This document shows, one piece after another, positions 57,758-64,000 of a stretch of 64,000 nucleotides of DNA. A model generated the notes under the pieces. That model saw only the letters and a list, made by a program, of their open reading frames with translations. It was not told where the DNA came from and searched no databases. The stretch's first letter is position 1, and each line of letters opens with the position of its first letter. A program made the position numbers and the translations under genes. This DNA is from Orbicella franksi (lineage: Eukaryota): assembly GCA_964199315.1 (NCBI GenBank), contig OZ116701.1, positions 30,814,001 through 30,878,000 of the forward strand. Direction: 5' to 3'.

Positions 57758-60396
57758 TTAATATGACAGGACATACAGTTTAATACAGTCAGTTGCCACA
57801 GACCAGTATGAGACATCACCAGTGGCATACGTACAAACAGGCGTCACTACTTTATCATGTTTAGAATAGTAATTGGCTTCCTTCCACTTCTGACTCCGAC
57901 AACAAATACAAATAGAAATATCGACGATACCAAATATCTGGACACAGTTTTTATTCGGGTTTATTAAAGGATGCAATAATTTTCCGCAATCCTAATTTAC
58001 ACATCTGTTTAATTATATCGAGGTCTCAGTTCTTGGAATATAAAAATGATAAAATGAAATGAAAATAAAACTTCATTTAAATACGTTCGAGAAGTAACAT
58101 AACATCCAGTAAGATACGTCAACACAGGGCTGTAAAATTGGAATCGAGCTACTTATTATCCATGTATCTTGGATTCCTAAAATGAAATGAGAAAAACTGA
58201 GTGACATCTGACCAGAGGTTTAGTGAGAATAAATCGAACGAATGAAGCCTGGGCTTAACGTCCTGCATGGCTCAACTTAAGCACTGTTTCAAAACATCAG
58301 GCCTTTGTATTCAAACAATACTTACGAGACATCTAAACTGGCATTCGTGAATCTTGTCCCAATTGATCACAAACCTTTGGCTAAAGTTTGTACATATTCA
58401 TTTTCGTTTGTTTAGGAGAGTTGTACTAAAGCGTGAGGTGACGGAAAGACTAGATCATGAGTGCACAATTATTTCATTGAAAAATGAACTACAGAAATAG
58501 AACAATTTCCACATTTTAAAATTCAGCCTAACACAATATAGACCTCAGCACGAGGCTCTGGGGAAAAAACTCACAAACTCTGTAGTTATTCGGCAGATCT
58601 GAGCCTCGTACCGAGGTCTATTGTTTTAGGCTGAATTTTAATATATCGAAATTGGACTATTTAAAGGCGGTCTCTGACTAATCGACGTGAATTTTCTTTT
58701 CTCTAAATATCATGACTCCAGTAAAGCGGTTTTTAATTGATTGTCGTAAAAAATTTCGCAAAAGTATAACCTGAAAATAAATGTAATCAATCTAACCAAT
58801 CACAAAGTACGAAGACAACCCAGAGAGCCAATCAAAACACGATGTAAATACATGTAGCTGACGTGAAGCGACGGAGAACGAGTAAAACGCACCGCTTTTG
58901 GTTTTCGTTTAACTTCTGGTTAGGGGCCAATCGCTCAGCGTGGTAAAGTAGAACCCAACCAAGTAGAAAATACTTTCCACACTATGTAAAAACCGCTCTA
59001 CTGCAGACAACGCTGCAGGGAAAATATACCTAGATTGGGGACTGGTAACAAGTGGTAAACCCTACACAAAGTCAGCCATTGTGGTAAATACCAACCTTAC
59101 AATAAATGCACCATAATTGGCACCTCTTCAGTCAAAAAGGCTTAAAAATCGTGATTCTGTAGAATTCTGATAGTAACGGCCCCTGTTGCCTTCGGATTTA
59201 TCAGGCAAAAGGGGCCGTTAGTTAAGGGTAGTCGTTACTTTCTGGCAGCCGTTACTTTCGGATGGTTAAAATACGTTGATAAGGTAATTCACAGTCCGTT
59301 TCAAACGAAGCAGACGGGTATTCCATGAATTTAAAAGTTCCGTTTCACGTCCGTTACTAAAAGTACCTATATAAACAGAGAAGACTGTATAAACGAAAAG
59401 GTCCCTACAAATATTGGTACTATTGGACGAAAGTATAATGGTCGCATTACATCGTAAAGCGACTGAATCTGCTGCCAGACAAATAGACCTTATAAACTGT
59501 AGTTTCAAGAAAAATTCAGTTCGAAAAGTTCGAAATAAAATCACAAATAATTCTTCAAGTTGTTCAGTCCTGCAGTCAGGTTGCTCTAACCGCATTGCGC
59601 TTGAGATCAGGGAGTTTTACTTTTTCGTGACCTCTTCAAAGGGCCGCTACTTTCCGGAGGGCCGTTACTTTCGGGGCTCAATAGGAAGGTAAAAGATTAA
59701 CGTTACTTTCGGGGAGCCGTTATTTTCGGGGGGGGTGGGGGGCTTTACTTTCGGAGTTCTACGATATGTTAAGTTTTTGAAAGAACATTTACATACGTGT
59801 TACGGCTACTTACTTTTTCTGCCATTCTTCGCAGATTTCTAGCAGGGTTTTATTTCGTTTCGGTTTTGAACGCTTTTGGCATCTGTGAAGGAACGAAGAC
59901 TATCGTAAATGAAATGAATCATTCTAAGAAAGAGAAAAATCGACTGAAAACAGAATTTACAGAAACAAAGAGTTTTACAAAAAAAAAATTACAACCTCGA
60001 TTCTGGTAAGATTAACTTTGTAATGTGATTGTAATTCTCAATCTCAAACGAGGACGCGCGAGACTGCGCAAGCGCCTAAAAGATCACTCATTATTACCTG
60101 GAGGCGGCAAAAACGTCTTTATCCTTTAGCTCTTTCTTTTCAGACCGAACTTTCTTCGTTTGCCCCTCGGGACTAATTCGTATTCTTCCCCCAGCCAAGC
60201 TGAATTCTCCCATCATCTGATGAACTAAGGCTTTTGTTTGCTCGATCTCGCTCATGAGACCTTCAATTCGATCAAGCGCGTTCATGGCGGTCGTGAAGAA
60301 TCGAATGCCATTTTGTATTCCGCCCGCCGTCACAGGCCTAGATTTAAATTTCAAATCTTCCGGGTTCTTTTCTTCTTCGTGTTTATGTTTGTTCAT
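57758..60396 (-). CDS. Gene C: unrecognised spliced protein, about 195 aa, with a Cys/His-rich C-terminal half (exons 60098-60396, 58326-58380, 57758-57991)
   Basis: Donor AG|GTAATA (phase 2) joins a 55-nt exon QRFVINWDKIHECQFRCL|GTAAGT (phase 0), which joins DCGKLLHPLINPNKNC... in one open frame. The 3' end is uncertain. Confidence 0.6.
58495..58662. repeat. Palindromic element
   Basis: TTAAAATTCAGCCTAA..CAATATAGACCTC.GCACGAGGCTC ... GAGCCTCGTACCGAGGTCTATTGTTTTAGGCTGAATTTTAA. Confidence 0.75.
59155..59766. mobile_element. Probable degenerate TIR element with CGTTACTTTC subterminal repeats
   Basis: Imperfect inverted ends (GTAGAATTCTGATAGT vs GTAGAACTCCGAAAGT) and clusters of CGTTACTTTC near both ends. 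Confidence 0.4.
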
Positions 60397-61091
60397 TTTC
60401 CCGTTGAAGCAAATAAACGTAAACAACGTATGTAATTAATGAAATATCCATGGAGACGGCTACAACGTCACACTGAAGATTATTGTTACTTGCTTCGCAA
60501 TTATCTCTACATTCACTTTCACCATTTTCCAGTTCCAATGTACTGAACGTATGCAACAAACACCAAATTAACTTTAAACAAATGTTTATTCTGTTTCTTT
60601 GATTAAAAACTGTCAGGCAGACATATCAAATGGACACTTGTTAGTAGTGTTCATCAAACTTCTGCGGCAGATAGATCATCATGTGAGATCAACGGTGAAC
60701 GCCACTGAAGCGCAACTGATACCATCTTTCAGGCTCACTTCCAGCGGTATTTCAAGTAAAGAGCTCATTGCTAACCGTCAGTTTCAGTGGAAGCCGCTCG
60801 CATTGTACCGACAGTAACTGAAAGTAAATTTGCATTACGAAGCTCCTACCGCCGGCCGCGTGGTCTCTGAAAAACGTTAGATAGTAATGATAGCCATTTT
60901 CTTCGTTAACACCGCTGCTGTCTTATCAAAGTATCAAAAATTGAGAACAAAAGTTTGTTTTAACACGGAGACCATACAGCAAACTTAAGTTTGCATTGTG
61001 CGAACAACAAAACCTGCGCGCGAATCAAATGTGACCTCACAACGAACAGCGTCACAATCAAACGCATTCGAGCGCAAAAAAAGAAATCAAA
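60397..61091. promoter_or_regulatory. Probable bidirectional promoter between gene C and FBXO22-like
   Basis: Divergent start codons about 0.7 kb apart and a local CpG-rich patch near 60845-60865. No specific element was identified. Confidence 0.4.
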
Positions 61092-62289
61092 ATGTCGGCA
61101 ACAAGCGATCGTGCGCATTCTTTTCTACCTTATCTTCCAGAAGTAGTGGACATGATTTTGAGATATCTCCCGGCTAGGGAGCTACGGACAACGGCGCGAG
61201 TGAGCAGAATGTGGAGACACATTTCCATGCAGATTCTTCATTCACGCACAACCTGGAGCGTGCATTACCTGGCTGACAAGCTAATAACTGGCAACGAAAT
61301 CGACAGTGTCATCGAGAACATGTATACCGAGCCTCGGATGGTAATTCAGTTAAGCCACCGTGAGATCTGGTTCACGAGAAGAGAACCTCGAAGGCGCAGG
61401 AACGAAGAACGACAGCTGGTACGATCCGTGTTCAATTTATTTTCCAAGCTGCCGCCGGGATGCGTCACGTTGGGCTGTACCACTGAACGCATAGTGTTTC
61501 AGCAGCCCATTGACCAGTTTACCCCAGATCACATGCATCATCTCAAGACTGGCCACGCCTTTATGTGCGCGCCGTATATGCCAGGTGTAGACTATCATCA
61601 TGTTTATCTTCGCACTCCAAGACCTCCCCCAGAAAGCCGCTGGTGTGACATGTTTGATTTACCCGCCAACGCTCCAGTGAAGTTAGTTATTCTGATCGCA
61701 TTGTCGGCGAGTAGAGATTTTATACCTTTCATAGCTGCAGGTACTGCAATTTTAACCTGATCTTGTCCTCTTTTAAAATACCTTAATATGCCTTAACGTT
61801 TTCCGACCTTTGGTTTACAATACAGGAATCCGTGAGACATACGGGGAACAAGTGGTTGTTTTTGGTGGCGTAGGGCACGACCGTTTGTTTATTGATGGAC
61901 TGGTGAAGAGAGCAAGGGTTGTCGCAGTGTTTATTTCCGGTCAACGATTCCGTGCATGCGCAGGACTATTAAATAACGGCAACAACGCTGACTTTTACTC
62001 GCCGGCTCAACAACTCATCGAAGACGCTAGCAGACACGGTTTCACACCTAAGTTTTCGCTCCTGTTCACGTCACGGTTCGTTCACAAAGGACAAGCCTTC
62101 TACTCTAGCTCGCAAACAGCCTTTAAAGAAGGATTTACCAATAGTCCCATGATTGGATTTTATTCGTACGGTGAATACTGTTTAACTGAAAGAGATGTGG
62201 GGGTAACGAAAATCAATGACTTCAAGAGACTTATGAGATATAATTCAGCCATTTATTGTGTATGTTCGTATCGAAACGAACCGCCGTAA
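61092..62289 (+). CDS. FBXO22: F-box protein with FIST domain, FBXO22-like, 370 aa (exons 61092-61740 and 61826-62289)
   Basis: N-terminal F-box LPEVVDMILRYLPARELRTTARVSRMW and a C-terminal FIST-C-like PMIGFYSYGEY. An 85-nt GT-AG phase-1 intron joins the two ORFs into 1113 nt. Confidence 0.85.
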
Positions 62290-63337
62290 TACATATTTTG
62301 AAATTGTAAATATCGTAAATAGGTGGAAAATCTCAACACTAGTTAGAAAGTTTAAATATAATTTTTTCTTGGTTTGTATTAACGAAAATTGAAACAACAA
62401 AATCTACAAACATAACATCTGTTTAAACTGCTATATCAGTGTAAGGTTTTAAGTGCAAAGCGATCGCACTGGTAAAGTAAATTAAAGGCTACATACTTAC
62501 ATTTACTTTCTTTGTTTTTTAAGTTTTTACTTTTTATCTCACTTCTACCCTTGAAATATAGTAAAAATGCCAACCGCTGCCTGAGAAAATATACGTGTTA
62601 CGGTGTATACTCCTGAAATCACGTTACATTTGTGACAGGTTTTACCGCTACATCTGATTGGCTTATGCGGTGATTGAAAATAGAAACTAATTCTTATTGG
62701 TTGACGCCACTTTCCCGCGTTTTCTCCACTTGGCTCTACGGTTAAACCACACGAACTGAACTACCGTAAATTCACGTAAGAGACCGTCATTGGAATAGAA
62801 GATTGATCTAACGAAATATTAGGTTACTGGTAGCGTATTTACACTTATTTTTTGTACAAAAATTAAACTGAAACTTGCAAATCACGTCCAGCTTCAAGAA
62901 AGCATAGACCTTTACGGTACAAATACCTTCACAGTAAAAATGGAACGATTATGTTGCTACTGAGGATAAACATGGATAAATATTTTCTCAATTGACCAGA
63001 ACATAAGTTAGTTATTACAACGGTGTATGATCCACCCACTATTACAAAACAGTATTCCACAACAGAGTCCATCAAGTGGGGCAAGTTTGACAAGTTCAGG
63101 CGAGTAGCTCGATATGGAGTCATTGATTCCCAGTGACACCCCGTAGAGGAAGCCATTTTGGAAGAGTACGAATCGCGTTCAAGTTGAAATAATCCTTTGA
63201 CACAAAAATTACCTAACGCTGAAATTTTCAGAAATATCGATACTTCTAACCAAGAGCATCGAATGTGTATTGAATACAAAACGGCAATTATTGAATTATT
63301 TAAATTCTGCTAGAGATTACAACTGAAAGCTAACAAG

Positions 63338-63781
63338 TTAAGCGCACCACGTGATGTCTTGTAGACACATGGCTTGAAACCACTGAAACATTAATTGATT
63401 AGAAGAACTAAGACTCAATTGAGGACTGTCTTTCTTCGCTTCTCCTGTTTGAGTCTGTAAACAACAAATAGTGACAAACATTAACATTCCTCACCGGCTA
63501 TGTCATGGAAACTCAACTTATGGGTGGACCTTCTGACTTTTGAGGTGGGGGAGGTGATTTCCTTGGTACACGAAAGGTTTCAAAAAGAAATTCACGACTA
63601 TGCCAAATCACCGACCCTCCACTCCCCCCCTAAAAGGTCAAATGGTCCACCCTTTAATTGCTCTACTAATACAAAGATATAAATAGAAATATTTACCATG
63701 GCAGGAGGGTACACTCTGCGGAAGTTTCCTCTGTGAATGTGCTCTAAATACGCGGCTTTAATAAATTCACGTTCATTCTCT
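63338..63781 (-). CDS. TTLL15: Last two exons of a tubulin tyrosine ligase-like gene, TTLL15-like (63697-63781, 63338-63454)
   Basis: ENEREFIKAAYLEHIHRGNFRRVYPPAM carries the TTLL C-terminal RGxFxRxYP motif. It is spliced to ...NQLMFQWFQAMCLQDITWCA*, which matches the NxxMxxWFxxxCxxDxxWC terminus I recall for ttll-15 proteins. The rest of the gene lies beyond the right edge. Confidence 0.72.
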
Positions 63782-64000
63782 CTAAGACAAGGATAACACA
63801 GACGGCAGATCTAAGAAAACAAAAACACAATGTGTAACACCTCTATAAGCAATTCATTGTATGTATGTCTGATTTTCAGCGACAAAACTTAAATAATTCG
63901 TGAAACGAGAAGAGGCTGAAGACAACCGACTGATCTAAGAACGAACGACGACAACAAATAATCAGACAACCTTGAAACACACCTCTTTGATACAGGCCTT

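Noticed and set aside
62929-63279. 116-aa minus-strand ORF
   Set aside because: It lies downstream of the TTLL15-like stop codon and has no recognisable motif; most likely 3' UTR.

Overview
AT-rich eukaryotic genomic DNA with GT-AG introns. The gene content and repeat style suggest a cnidarian, probably a stony coral, but that is inference. I rebuilt gene models by hand from splice sites, reading frame and intron phase. Two tandem polycystin-1-family (PKD1L/REJ-like) genes on the minus strand dominate the window. Gene A (46875->25046) looks complete: 22 coding exons, 7971 nt, 2656 aa, with signal peptide, F5/8C discoidin, 5 EGF, SEA-like, REJ, GAIN/GPS, TM1, PLAT and a polycystin channel. Gene B (15452->419, running off the left edge) has 15 exons here with the same layout but no EGF cassette and one extra intron. 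To the right lie an unrecognised spliced Cys-rich gene (minus, from 60396), a head-to-head two-exon FBXO22-like gene (plus, 61092-62289) and the last two exons of a TTLL15-like gene (minus). Introns and intergenic DNA hold foldback/MITE-like elements, two LINE 3' ends, micro- and minisatellites, Penelope-type minimal hammerhead ribozyme motifs, and one 147-nt assembly gap. Most short ORFs in the supplied track are antisense shadows or repeat artefacts.
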